Shown: in pieces, positions 1 through 17,631 of the stretch
Layout of the letters: every line of letters starts with the position of its first letter
Position numbering within the stretch: position 1 is the first letter of the stretch
NCBI RefSeq assembly: GCF_009914755.1
Contig: NC_060930.1
Reading direction: 5' to 3' (one strand)
Source: the human T2T-CHM13v2.0 reference genome, Homo sapiens
DNA length: 64,000 nt
Notes under the pieces: generated by a model
What the model was told of the DNA's origin: nothing
Databases searched by the model: none
The model's input: the letters and a program-made list of their open reading frames with translations, nothing else
Translations under genes and position numbers: made by a program

Positions 1-475
1 TGGTGCATTCACATTGACAATTGCTATTTTATACTTCTTGGTAGTTGATAATTTATCATAATATAATGTTCCTCTCTGTCTCTAGCAATTTTTTATGCTC
101 TAAACTCTACTTTACCTGCTATCAATATAAGTAACCCTGTTTCATTTGATTAACATTTGCAAGATAAACCTTTTTGTATCTTTCTACTTTCAGCTCACCT
201 ATATTTTAAGTGAGTCCTTTCTAAGCAGTATACAGTTGAGTCATGTTTTTCATTACATCCATCTAACCCATCTTTTTATTGGTATATTTAGATTGTTTAC
301 ATATAATTATTGATATATTCTGGTATTACTTTCCTTCTGCTTGAAGAACTTTCTTTACATTTCTCATTCACATCTGATTCTGATTAATTCTCTTTGTTTT
401 TTAAATTTCTAAAACAGGGTTTGATTTTTATTTTTGAAAGATGTTTTCACTTGGTAAATAATTTTGTGCTTCAGT

Positions 476-544
476 TATACCTATGTAACAAACCTGCACA
501 TTCTGCACATGTATCCCAGAACTTAAAGTAAAATTAAAAAAAGA
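476..544 (+). mobile_element. Extremely 5'-truncated L1PA 3' tail (~65 bp) with TSD
   Basis: tatacctatgtaacaaacctgcacattctgcacatgtatcccagaacttaaagtaaaatt plus A tail matches the L1PA 3' end. Flanked by taaa(t/g)aattttgtgctt at 455-471 and 545-561. Confidence 0.9.
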
Positions 545-828
545 TAAAGAATTTTGTGCTTATAGTTCTTCTTTCAGTACTTTAAGGTGTTGCTTCACTG
601 TTTTCATTCTAGCTTGCAATAGTTCCAACACATGTCTGCTGTCAGTCTCATGAATGTTTTTCTGTGTTTAGCATATCTTTTTCACTGAATGCTTTAAAAA
701 TTTTGCATTGTTTCTGATTTTAAGCAAGTTGAATATATTGGTTCTTGACAGAATTTGCATCATATTTAGTGTTTGTGGGGGTGGGAAAGGGGTACACTAG
801 GGATAGATAAGCTTTTTGGATCTGAGGG

Positions 829-1191
829 TGATATGGGTTTGCTGTGTCCTCACCCAAATCTCATTTTGAATTGTAGCTCCCATAATTTCCATGTATTATG
901 GGAGGGACCCGGTAAAAGATATCTGAATCATGGGGAGGTTTTCCTCCATACTGTTCTCATGGTAGTGAATATGTCTCACGAGATCTGATGGTTTTATAAA
1001 GGGTTTCCCCTTTCACTTGGCTCTCATTCTCTTCTTGTCTGTCGCCATGTAAGATGTGCCTTTTACCTTCCGCCATGATTGTGAGGCCTCCATAGCCACG
1101 TGGAACTGTGAATCCATTAAACCTCTTTTACTTCATAAATTACCCAGTCTCAGGTATGTCTTTATCAGCAACGTGAAAATGAGCTACTACA
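829..1191 (+). mobile_element. THE1 (THE1B-like) MaLR solo LTR
   Basis: Begins tgatatgg..tgtgtcc.cacccaaatctcat, contains ccgccatgattgtgaggcctcc, ends ...ctactaca; ~360 bp. Confidence 0.9.
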
Positions 1192-1617
1192 GTTGGTTTA
1201 TAATTTTCACCAAATTTGGAATATTTTTGACCATTATTTTTTCAAATACTACCATTCCCCCTTTTGGGATTCCTATATATTTGGCTGCATTAATTTTTCC
1301 CACAGATCACAGATGCTATGTTCATTTTTTCAGTCTTTTTTTCTTTATATGTTTCACTTTGGAAATACCTTTTGCTAGGCATTCGAATTCAGTAATGTTT
1401 TCTTTTTTTTATTATTATACTTTAAGTTCTAGGGTACATGTGCACAATGTGCAGGTTTGTTACATATGTATACATGTGCCATGTTGGTGTGCCACACCCA
1501 TTAACTCATCAGTTACATTAAGTATATCTCCTAATGCTATCCCTCCCCACTCCCCCCACCCCATGACAGGCCCCAGTGTGTGATGTTCCCCTTCCTGTGT
1601 CCATGTGTTCTCATTTT

Positions 1618-5439
<3,822 letters not shown>

Positions 5440-5503
5440 TATGATGTTAGCTGTTTATTTTGCTCGTTAGTTGATGCAGTTTCTTCCTAGCATCGATGGT
5501 CTT

Positions 5504-6519
5504 GGCGATTTGGCATGTTTTTGCAGTGGCTGGTACCGGTTGTTCCTTTCCATGTTAGTGCTTCCTTCAGGAGCTCTTGTAAGGCAGGCCTGGTGGTGAC
5601 AAAATCTGTCAGCATTTGCTTGTCTGTAAAGAATTTTATTTCTCCTTCACTTATGAAGCTTAGCTTGGCTGGATATGAAATTCTGGGTTGAAAATTCTTT
5701 TCTTTAAGAATGTTGAATATTGGCCCCCACTCTCTCCTGGCTTGTAGAGTTTCTGCTGAGAGATCCGCTGTTAGTCTGATGAGCTTCCCTTTGTGGGTCA
5801 CCTGACCTTTCTCTCTGGCTGCCCTTAACATTTTTTCCTTCATTTCAACTTTGGTGAATCTGACAATTATGTGTCTTGTAGTTGCTCTTCTCGAGGAGTA
5901 TCTTTGTGGTGTTCTCTGTATTTCCTGAATCTGAATGTTGGCCTGCCTTGCTAGGTTGGGGAAGTTCTCCTGGATAATATCCTAAAGAGTGTTTTCCAAT
6001 TTGGTTTTATTCTCCCCGTCACTTTCAGGTACACCAGTCGGACGTATTTTTGGTCTTTTCACATAGTCTCATATTTCTTGGAGGCTTTGTTCATTTCTTT
6101 TTACTCTTTTTTCTCTAAACTTCTCTTCTCGCTTCATTTCATTCATTTAATCTTCAATCACTGATACCCTTTCTTCCAGTTGATCGATTTGGCTACTGAA
6201 GCTTGTGCATGCGTCGCGTAGTTCTCGTGCCACGGTTTTCAGCTCCATCAGGTCATTTAAGGACTTTTCTCCATTGGTTATTCTAGTTAGCCATTCTTCT
6301 AATCTTTTTTTCAAGGTTTTTAGCTTCTTTGCAATGGGTTTGAACTTCCTTCTTTAGCTCAGAGAAGTTTGATTGTCTGAAGCCTTATTCTTGCAACTCG
6401 TCAAAGTCATTCTCCATCCAGCTTTGTTCTGTTGTAGGCGAGGAGCTGCGTTCCTTTGGAGGGGAAGAGGTGCTCTGATTTTTAGAATTTTCAGCTTTTC
6501 TTCTCTGGTTTCTCCCCAT
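5504..6519 (-). pseudogene. L1 ORF1p, disrupted
   Basis: MGRNQRRKAENSKNQSTSSPPKERSSSP...EQSWMENDFDEL starts at 6519. C-terminal fragment IRLTADLSAETLQARREWGPIFNILKEKNFQPRISYPAKLSF. Frameshifted. Confidence 0.93.
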
Positions 6520-7537
6520 CTTTGTGGTTTTATCTACCTTTGGTCTTTGATGATGGTGACGTTCAGATGGGTTTTGGTGCGGATATCCTTTCTGTTTGTT
6601 AGTTTTCCTTCTAACAGTCAGAACCCTCAGCTGCACGTCTGTTGGAGTTTGCTGGAGGTCCACTCCAGACCTGTTTGCCTAGGTATCACCAGTGGAGGCT
6701 GCAGAACAGTGAATATTTCTGAACAGTAAATGTTTCTGCCTGATCGTTCCTCTGGAAGCTTTGTCTCAGAGGGGCACCCGGCCGTGTGTGGTGTCAGTTG
6801 GCCCCTACTGGGAGATGTCTCCCAGTTAGGCTACTCGGGGGTCAGGGACCCACTTAAGGAGGCAGTCTGTCCATTGTCAGATCTCAAACTCTGTGCTGGG
6901 AGAACCACTAGTCTCTTCAAGCTGTCAGACAGGGACATTTAAGTCTGCAGAAGTTTCTTCTGCCTTTTGTTCAGCTATGCCCTGTCCCCAGAGGTGGAGT
7001 CTACAGAGGCAGGCAGGCCTCCTTTAGCTGCGGTGGGCTCCACCCAATTCAAGCTTCCCAGCCGCTTTGTTTACCTACTCAAGCCTCAGCAATGGCGGGC
7101 GCCCCTCCCCCAGCCTTGCTGCCACCTTGCAGTTCGATCTCAGATTGCTGTGCTAGCAATGAGCGAGGCTCTGTGGGCGTGGCACCCTCTGAGCCAGGCG
7201 CGGGATATAATCTCCTGGTGTGCAGTTTGCTAAGATCTTTGGAAAAGCGCAGTATTAGGGTGGGAGTGACCTGATTTTCCAGGTGCCATCTGTCACAGCT
7301 TCCCTTGGCTAGGAAAGGGAATTCCCTGACCCCTTGTGCTTCCCTGGGTGAGGTGATGCCTTGCCCTGCTTTGGCTCTTGCTTGGTGGGCTGCACCCACT
7401 GTCATTTACCCACTCTCTGACAAGCCCCAGTGAGATGTACCTGGTACCTCAGTTGGAAATGCAGAAATCAGCCATCTTCTGCATCGCTCACGCTGGGGGC
7501 TCTAGACTGGAGCTGTTCCTATTCGGCCTTCTTGGAC
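6520..7537 (-). promoter_or_regulatory. L1 5'UTR (sense and antisense internal promoter), ~1.02 kb including the 129-bp segment at ~6646-6774
   Basis: Lies between the ORF1 ATG and the 5' TSD. It is ~110 bp longer than the L1HS 5'UTR and has an extra segment gtttgctggaggtccactccag...tttgtctcagagg. Confidence 0.8.
7092..7274 (+). CDS. L1 antisense ORF0, 60 aa (truncated relative to the ~71-aa canonical ORF0)
   Basis: MAGAPPPALLPPCSSISDCCASNERGSVGVAPSEPG matches primate L1 ORF0. It stops at TGA after IRVGVT, probably from CGA>TGA decay. Expression not shown. Confidence 0.7.
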   Translation: MAGAPPPALLPPCSSISDCCASNERGSVGVAPSEPGAGYNLLVCSLLRSLEKRSIRVGVT

Positions 7538-8728
7538 TCAGTAATGTTTTCATCTGCAATTTTTTCGCACACGTTAATCTCATTCAACATACTTTTCATC
7601 TCAGACATTGCAATTTTTATTTCCTGAAGTTTAATGAGTGACTTTTTTTACATCTTTCCTTATCTCTTCTCATCTTAATATGTTTAATCTTTCCTTTATC
7701 TTCCTGAGCATGTGGAATACAGTCATAATAATTGTTTTCACATCCTTGTCTACTAATTCTGCCATCTGTGTTGTTTCTGGGTTTGTTTCAATTGATTGAT
7801 TTTTGTTTTAATTCTTTTTTACATGTCTGGTAGTTTTTAATTGGATGTCAGACATTTTGGATATTACATTATTGGGCGAGTATAGCTTTGTATTCCTACA
7901 AATACTATCAAGTTTTATTCTTGGACATGTTTAAGTTATTTCTAAGCAGTTTGATCTTTTGGGTCTTGTTTTTGAGGGCTGCTAAGTGAAACCAGAGCTG
8001 CATTTTCCTAAAGCTAACGTTCCTTCACTGAGGCAAGAGCCTTCTATATACTGTGAACAATGCCCCCTGAATTATGAGGTTTTCCACGGTAGCAGTGCTT
8101 GGCACTGTTCTCTCTAATCCTTTCAGTTTGTGTTTTTCTGGGTTCACATAGTTTCCTCAGAAGTGTTTGATAATCAGTTCTCAGCTGAATATTCCAAAAA
8201 GATCTCTTTTTAGATTTCTGAAATTTTTCTCTGGTATCTCCCTTCTTGTCCACACTCTGCTCCATGAAGTCAAGCCATCTTGACCTCACTAAAGTCCCAG
8301 CTCCCTTACCTCAATTCAGAGAGATAACCTAGTGCTATCTGAGTTTCTCCTTCCTACACCATGGCTTGGAAGCATCTTGTAGAACTCATGGGATGATTGT
8401 AGAGTTCATATTCGTTTCTTGTCTCTGATACTTGACATTTTAATTATCTTTGAAGTGCTATAATGTTTTGTGCACATTTGTTTTGTAGTTGTTGCTGTTA
8501 TATTTGGAGATGATGCAAATTCAGTGTCTGTTTTTTCTTCTTGACCAAAACCTTCTTGCTTTCCTTTAATATGTTTTTTCTTTTTTTAAAACTTCCTTAC
8601 ATATGCTTAATGAGTATATAGTGTCATGTTAGTAGATTTTATTTTTAGCTTAAAAAATTGTTTTTACAATTAATCAGAGATGTAACATATAAATTCAAAA
8701 TTCATTTACTTAAAAATTATATATTATG

Positions 8729-9064
<336 letters not shown>

Positions 9065-9144
9065 TTAAAAATTATCTATCTTAACTCCCTTATTTTGTTG
9101 TTTATATGACTTGTCAAGGTTCGTATAAGTTTAAAAAATAGCCT

Positions 9145-9300
9145 CTGCTAATAGGTTGCCTGGGTGTAATCTCAAACTCTATCATTCATTTTCTATATTT
9201 GCTTGGACAATTGACTTAATATTTCTAAGCCCCAGTGTCCTCATCTATAAAATAGAAGCATATTTATTAGAAGTACTGATACTAAGTGGAATGCACTAGC
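9145..9300 (+). mobile_element. MIR
   Basis: Core cttggacaattgacttaat...cagtgtcctcatctataaaat. Confidence 0.6.
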
Positions 9301-9479
9301 ACAAGGCCAACTCACATTAAACAAACATTACTTATTAATAACGAGTTAACTATTAGAAACCACACTATCATTTGAATCCACTTCTCTGATTCAGCCTCAA
9401 AGGAAGAAACTGACTCCAAATCCCCTTATGCAAATGAAGCACTAATCATAATCTTCTATATTAGGTTAGGTGTATAAGA

Positions 9480-9840
9480 TTTCATTATTGTTTTCTCTTA
9501 TTTACTGCCCCTTCTTATGAGAGAATTATACCTCCCTGAAACATGGAAGTCAGACTTGGCCATATGACTTGCTTTGGTCAATGAAATGCGAATGAACCTG
9601 ACATATATCGCTTTCTAGCAGAAGCCTAAAGAGTAACTACATAGGTTTTTTATTCTCCCATGAGACCAGCATGACCTGGTAGGTGCCAGGATTCAAAATG
9701 GAGAATTTGTGGAACAGAGCTTCTATTAACCCATGATGGATGGGAATTGCAGTTAAATAAATAAATAAATAGATAAACTATTGTTGTAAATGATGAAGAT
9801 TTTGAAGTCTTCGTTACCACAGAAATAACCTCTGTTACTA
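9480..9840 (+). mobile_element. Old MLT1 (H-K-like) MaLR LTR
   Basis: cttggccatatgacttgctttggtcaatgaaatg...ttgttgtaa...gttaccacag. Confidence 0.65.
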
Positions 9841-9900
9841 TAGAATAATCTAGGAAAAGCTAATTAATATATTAAACTACATGTCTTTTCTGGGCATTGT

Positions 9901-10394
9901 TGTATTAGTCAGGATTCTCCAGACAAACAGAGCCAATAGGATATACTGTATATAAGTATATAAAAAGATTTATTGTGAGGAATAGGCTTACACAATTATG
10001 AAGGTTGAGAAATTCAGACCCAGAAGAGCCAATGGTAGTTCCACTCCAAGTCGAAAGACCTGAGACATGGGAGAAGTCAGAAGACCTGAGATATGGGAGA
10101 CACGTTATAGTCTGAGTCTGAGACTGAAGACAGGAGAATATAAATATACCAGCTCAAAGACAGGCAGAGAGAATTTTTTCTTACTCAGCATTTTATTATA
10201 TTCAGGCCCTCAATGGATTGAATGAGACCCACCCACACCAAGGAAGGCAATTTGCTTTACTCAGTCTACTGATTCAAATGTTTATCTCATCCAGAAACAT
10301 CCTCACAGACACACTGAGAATAATGTTTAACCAAATACAAATATCTGGGCACTCTCTGGCCCAGTCAAGTTGACACATAAAATTAATCATCACA
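9901..10394 (-). mobile_element. MLT2 (ERVL) solo LTR
   Basis: tgtattagtcaggattctccagacaaacagagccaatagg ... ccagtcaagttgacacataaaattaatcatcaca. TSD attgt/attgc. Confidence 0.88.
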
Positions 10395-11889
10395 ATTGCC
10401 TTGCTATTTCTTTCCAAGGCAACAATTTCTACAAAACTTACCAAATATATTGCTAAATGCTGTGCATTTTATTTGACAATTTGATTTATAAAGTGTTAAT
10501 TTTCTGAATTCAAGGAAAAATATAAACTTTTTCTCATTTTTTTATCCCAGATGTTTGGTAACATGCAAACAGAATAGAATATAAATGGTTTTGAAAGAAA
10601 ATTAAGCCAGAATTTCAGTATAATCAGGGAAAACTGTACTTTAAAATAGGACGAATGGAAATTGTTTTCTTGAGAGTGGTCCCTTATTAATATATTAAGA
10701 AACTCCTTTTTTTGTCATCTGGCCTGAGAACAGGTTCACTCAAAGTTAACTGATAGATTTTTAAATAAAATACTTGTTGCACAGTAGCAGCCTAAGAATA
10801 CATGTTTTGAAGCTTTTGCAACACTAATTATTATTTAATTCGAAAGCATACAGAACATATTATTGATCAAAGTGTTTTAAAGTAAAAATACTATACAATT
10901 AATTTAAAATGATCATCAAAAATAAATTCTTTATAGCTGTCCAGTGAAAATAAGCCTTTATAAATTAATATTTACTAGGTTTTCTGCTTTGATATATTTT
11001 ATTTTATATTTTGAAAATACATCTGAGGAAAGTTTGAAAAGGAATGGAAATGGGAAGAAGTAATGGGGATTTCAAATGCCATGGTAGAAATTTATTTCTT
11101 AAGTTGTGTGTTGGATACATTGGTATTAAATTGCCTTTATACATTTTTTTGTATCTCTTCAATGTTTAACCAAATTTTTAAGAAATCCACTAAGTTGAAA
11201 AATAGAAAATACTCGTTCAAATTTGATGCAAAAATTGTGAGTGACAAGTAGCAGAAGCTGCTTTAGTGGAGAGATGAGGGCAGAAGCCAGATTGGAGATG
11301 GTTCAGAAAAGAATGGAAAGTGATAAAATGCGGTTACAGTGTAAAAACAACTTTGTCAAGAAAAAAGATATGGCAGTAAATGAAAAAGGATGTAGATTCA
11401 AAAGGAGCGTATTTTATTTTACTTCATTTTATCTTGTAATGAAGGAAGAATTGACACAAGCGTAAAAGCCAATGGGAAGGATCAGCTGAGAGAAAAAGAC
11501 ACTGAGAAGAAGAAAGGATATACAGTAGTGAAAGGTACTTGAGAAATAGTGGTGTAACCCATCTTGTACACAGAGGAAGTTATCCTGAATTGGAAAAAAA
11601 TATATACAGCTCCTTTATTGTAACAGGAAGGAGGGAGAAAATAACAAGAAGTTTTTTTTAGAAAGTTAGAAGAGACATGTCTGTTTTCTGAATTAGAGAA
11701 ATTAAAAAGAGACTTGAGAAAAACAAAATCAGAAGAAATTTAGTAGATACTAATGGGACTTTACTGATTAAATGTTTTTGTGTGTGTGGTGGGGGTGGGT
11801 GGTGGTGGTGGAGAGTACGTGAATGAAAGAGGAATACAAGAGTAGCTGGACTTTGAACTTGAATAGTTGGATGAAATATAATGCTAGCT

Positions 11890-12452
11890 GTTGAAGAGAG
11901 CAAAAATCACCTGGTGACCATTAAACAGGCCCCAGATACAAGAACTCCTTATATGAAGAATTTAGAAGGGAGCAAAGACCGCCTGGTGACAATCAAACAG
12001 GACATCAGAAGGCAAAGCTCCCTCTCTGGAGACTTTAGAAGTAATTAAACTTCCCTAGTATCTAAAGTCGGCACCTGGTTCCAGGCCTCTTTCAACTTTT
12101 ATAAGTAACCAGAATTTCTATACACCTCCGGAATGCCATGCCAAAACTCATTTTTTAATTCTTGCTGACATTATGGCACTAAAATGTCTACAAATGTAAT
12201 AATTTATTATGCAAATTGTCCATCAGCTCCATTTTAAGGTTCATAAATACCATTAAGAAAAAAATCCACCTCCACGAGCTCAGTCCTCGCTCATTGAGGC
12301 TCTCCACTGCACTTTTGCAGCATTACTTTCTTTCTAATAAACTTTTCTTTTTCAATCCTGTACTGTTATCAATACATTCTTCTTACCAACCTGTGACTCA
12401 ACTGCTTCTCGATGCTGGGGCTCTGACACCTCGCCTGGCACCTCGCCTGGCA
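11890..12452 (+). mobile_element. ERV solo LTR (LTR47-like; family tentative)
   Basis: TG...CA ends, an internal repeat (cctggtgacc/aat.aaacagg...tttagaag x2), TATA-like cataaata and AATAAA at ~12336. Confidence 0.65.
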
Positions 12453-12589
12453 CCTATCATAGAAAGATGATCTGGTGTTCATTGGAAGCCTACCTCAAGA
12501 TCAGACTTGTGCTAAAAATAATCTGAGGTACAGATCAAAATAACCACATTGTGGTTACTACCTCTCCAGTGAAAACATAAAAGAACCAG

Positions 12590-13012
<423 letters not shown>

Positions 13013-13189
13013 ATCTTCATGATATTTTTATGCACTCTACTGAGAAACTATATTGGAAAACATCTTCAAAATTCCAAGTTTCTAGTCATATCTATAAGTA
13101 TATGATGTTTCTTTGTTTTGAGTCAGGTTACAGTGAGATAATGGTCAAAAACATCAATTGTTTTTTGAGCAGTTCTTACATTTATATAC

Positions 13190-14420
<1,231 letters not shown>

Positions 14421-15891
14421 CAGAGAGTTGGCAGCATGGATCATGTGGTCATCTCCCACCTAATGTAACACGTCATCTGAGTAGTACATGAATAAATGAC
14501 ACAGTACAGCATATTTGTGCAGAACAAATAATATATACAAGTTTTCTAATTTTCAAATTCTTGATAGCCTATCAAACTCCTTTTTATTTGTTTGAATGCT
14601 TTCTGATGGAATGAAAATAGCATAGATTATCCAAAAAGCTGACTTAGATGGAATGGAAATAGCTTAGAATATCCAAAAACTGATTCAGTCATTTCTTTCA
14701 AAATGTTTAAACTGCTTGACTCTTGTTAGAAGAAACTTTCCATGTTTTTTAAAAAATCTAATTCAGATTTTAATATTGCTCTGAGATCTCTCTCACAATT
14801 TTATATGCCAAATGTAATTGTTTTTAATACAGCAAATTTCTAAAGTAATCTGTTATTTTGCAGTCAAGAATATAAGTGTGTAATAATATAACCATAACCC
14901 AGCTAAAGACTAAGTCTATCCCAGGTTTATCTTATTCTGCAAGTAGGTTTAGGTTATTGCTGACGAGGAGATTAATTCCACGTACTCAAGTCAACAATGA
15001 TTGCCAGACAGGTTTATGGGATGGAAGTGCTTACAGATCATTCAGGGACCTTGATTGTAAGGTGATATGAAATATCTTTGCAATATTTTCTCTTAGTTAC
15101 TTTTATCTGCTAGGCTTATAGACCTGTAAATGAAAGTGGCAGATTTCCCCAAAGAATTCAATTTTAGTTATGAGTTTACTTTATAGAACCTCTATTCTAC
15201 CTATATAAGTACTTCATGTGGTAACACAGGCAAATATAAAGCAACATCCTATTTTATTTTATTAGTGTATTTTACAACAATTCTACAGATACACAAGCTT
15301 CAGAAATCATAAACACCAAGGTCTTGAAGACTTTACCTTCCTATAAAGTACTTTTTGAAAAGTAATACTGCCTCCCAACCTATAAATACACTGCTACTCT
15401 TGAGGGAACAAAGATTTATCTCTTCTCAATTTACAAGTAAATCCATTGTTAACCCATCTCACCTCTTCACCAATAAAGGGCTGATTTATGATTGATGGTC
15501 AATGAGTCCATCTGAGGCAGTTTCTACTAAGGTTAAGAAAAGGAAGTATAAGAAAACCTGGTAAATTATGCACCATTTAAGGCAGATTAAAGAAAGGAAG
15601 CTGTATTATACCACACAGCACCAATCGTAAGCAAGGAACTGTTACGTGCTGTACTTCCGTGATGAGAATGATGATGCAAGTCAGTAATTATTCCCTCAGC
15701 AGAATACAGTTCATGAGGCTTGGGTATTGTGGCTGTGCCACAACTGTCTCTTAAGATAATTCTGACAAATTCTGATTTATAAATAATGACTTGCCCGTTG
15801 TTGCCTGCATTTCCTTACATTTCACTGTTTGCATGCATATATTATCCCATGCTAAAAAGCAAACACAAAGCCCCCCAAACAAAAAGCACAT

Positions 15892-16259
15892 TGTTATAGT
15901 CTGAATGTTTGTATCTCCCCAAAATTAATGTTGATACCTAGCCCCTAAAGTGATGGTATTAAGAGGTGAGGACTTTAGGAGGTGGTTAAGTTATAAGGGT
16001 AAACCCCTCATGAGTAGAAATTAGTGCCATTATAAAAGGGACTCCAGAGAGCTCTCTTTCCTTTTTCCACCATGTGAGTACACAGCTAAAAAGTGCAATC
16101 TATGAATTAGAAAACAACAGGCCCTCATCAGACACCAAATATGATGGCACCTTGGTTTTGAACTTCCCAGCCTCCACAACAGTGAGAAAGAAATTTCTGT
16201 TACTTATAAGCCACCCGGTCTATAGTGTTTTGTTAAAGTAGGCCAATAGGACTGAGACA
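15892..16259 (+). mobile_element. MLT1A-like MaLR solo LTR
   Basis: tgttatagtctgaatgtttgt..cccaaaatt ... ttcccagcctccacaac..gactgagaca. TSD cacat/cacct. Confidence 0.88.
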
Positions 16260-17123
16260 CACCTATGTTTATAAGAGAAGAGTGAAACCAATTAATTGAA
16301 ATAGGGATTGTTCTAGTGGCTAATGGAAAATTTTACTGAGAATGAAAGAGTAGTGTATGGAGTTAGAGGATTCCATGTCAAATCCTCCAACTCTTCCTTA
16401 AAATACACTTTCCTTAGGATCTATAGCATAATTGTGTTTCCTTAAAATATATTTTCTGTGGTGTAAATCTCCTCAAAGATTCTTTGTTATCCCTCTTCTT
16501 TCGTGGATGAACAGCCAAAGGACCATGAGGAGAGCTCTTTATGTGACCCTAATATATCATGGTCAAAGGATCTTACAATTTGGGACCCCAAGTGAATGAC
16601 AGTGAGTGGCAGTGTCTTTTCAGGGATGTATGGTAAAAGCACACTTGAGAAATACTGGGCCTTCTTACAGGTTTAACATTTAAAATGCTCTGAGAAGAAG
16701 TGTTGCAATATTTGTAATATATTTCACCATGGACTTCTGTTGTTGTAGTTGGCATAAAATTCATTTGCACGACGGTCATGTTAGTCTAATCCAACTACTC
16801 TCAGAAGGAGGAAACTGAACTACTCTCAGGAGGAATCTGAGATCCGGAAAGGTAGATAATATGACCATGATCTTTAAGACTGTGTCATAGCCTAAACTAG
16901 AACTGTGATCTGTGGGCTCCCAATTCAGTGCATCTGGGGATTTATACTAAGGCCTTTGTGAAAAAGTTGAGCTGTATGTAAGATCAGGGAAAAGCACCGG
17001 AAAACAGAGGAAACTGTTTTGCTCAATATTTTTTAAAATCTCATTTACTCTAATATTGTATTTCTTTTCACTGTTAAAATGATTTGAAATATATTACCTC
17101 ATATACCTACCTTCATCTAGCAA

Positions 17124-17541
17124 TAGATGCTCCTTGAATTATGATGGAGTGACTTCCCAATAAACCCATCATAAATTGAAAATATTCTAAGTGACAAATG
17201 GGTTATTAAACACCCAACCTACTGAACATCATAGCTTAGCTTAGCCCACCTTAAATGTACTCAGACACTTACTTTAGCTTACGGTTGGGTAAAATCATAT
17301 GGCATCACAGTGGATTGTAGGGTAAGGGGTGTTTACTCTCATGATCCTGTGGCTGACCGGGAGCTGCTGCTTGCTGCCACTGCCCAGCATCTGGAGAAAA
17401 TATCTGTGGCATGTCACTAGCCTGGGAAAACAATCGGATTTCAAAAATCAGAGTACATTTTCTACTAAATGTGTATTGCTTTTGCACCATTTTAAAGTTG
17501 AAATCTTCTGAGTTGAAGCATAGTAAGTCAGAGACCATCAG
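17124..17541 (+). mobile_element. MER47B-like Tigger (TcMar) non-autonomous DNA transposon
   Basis: agatgctccttgaattatgatgg...atcatagcttagcttagcccaccttaaa...gtaagtcagagaccatc; ~418 bp with degenerate terminal inverted repeats (TIRs). Confidence 0.8.
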
Positions 17542-17631
17542 TGCTTAGTGAGTTATCCAGAAACCTGAGTTTTTCTTCTTTAAACTTGGAAAAATTAAAT
17601 TGTACTTTCCTATGTTTGTCAGCCAAGGGCG

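Noticed and set aside
1056-1583. 175-aa hydrophobic ORF
   Set aside because: It spans a THE1 LTR, old L1M and the antisense L1PA 3'UTR. The hydrophobicity comes from T-richness.
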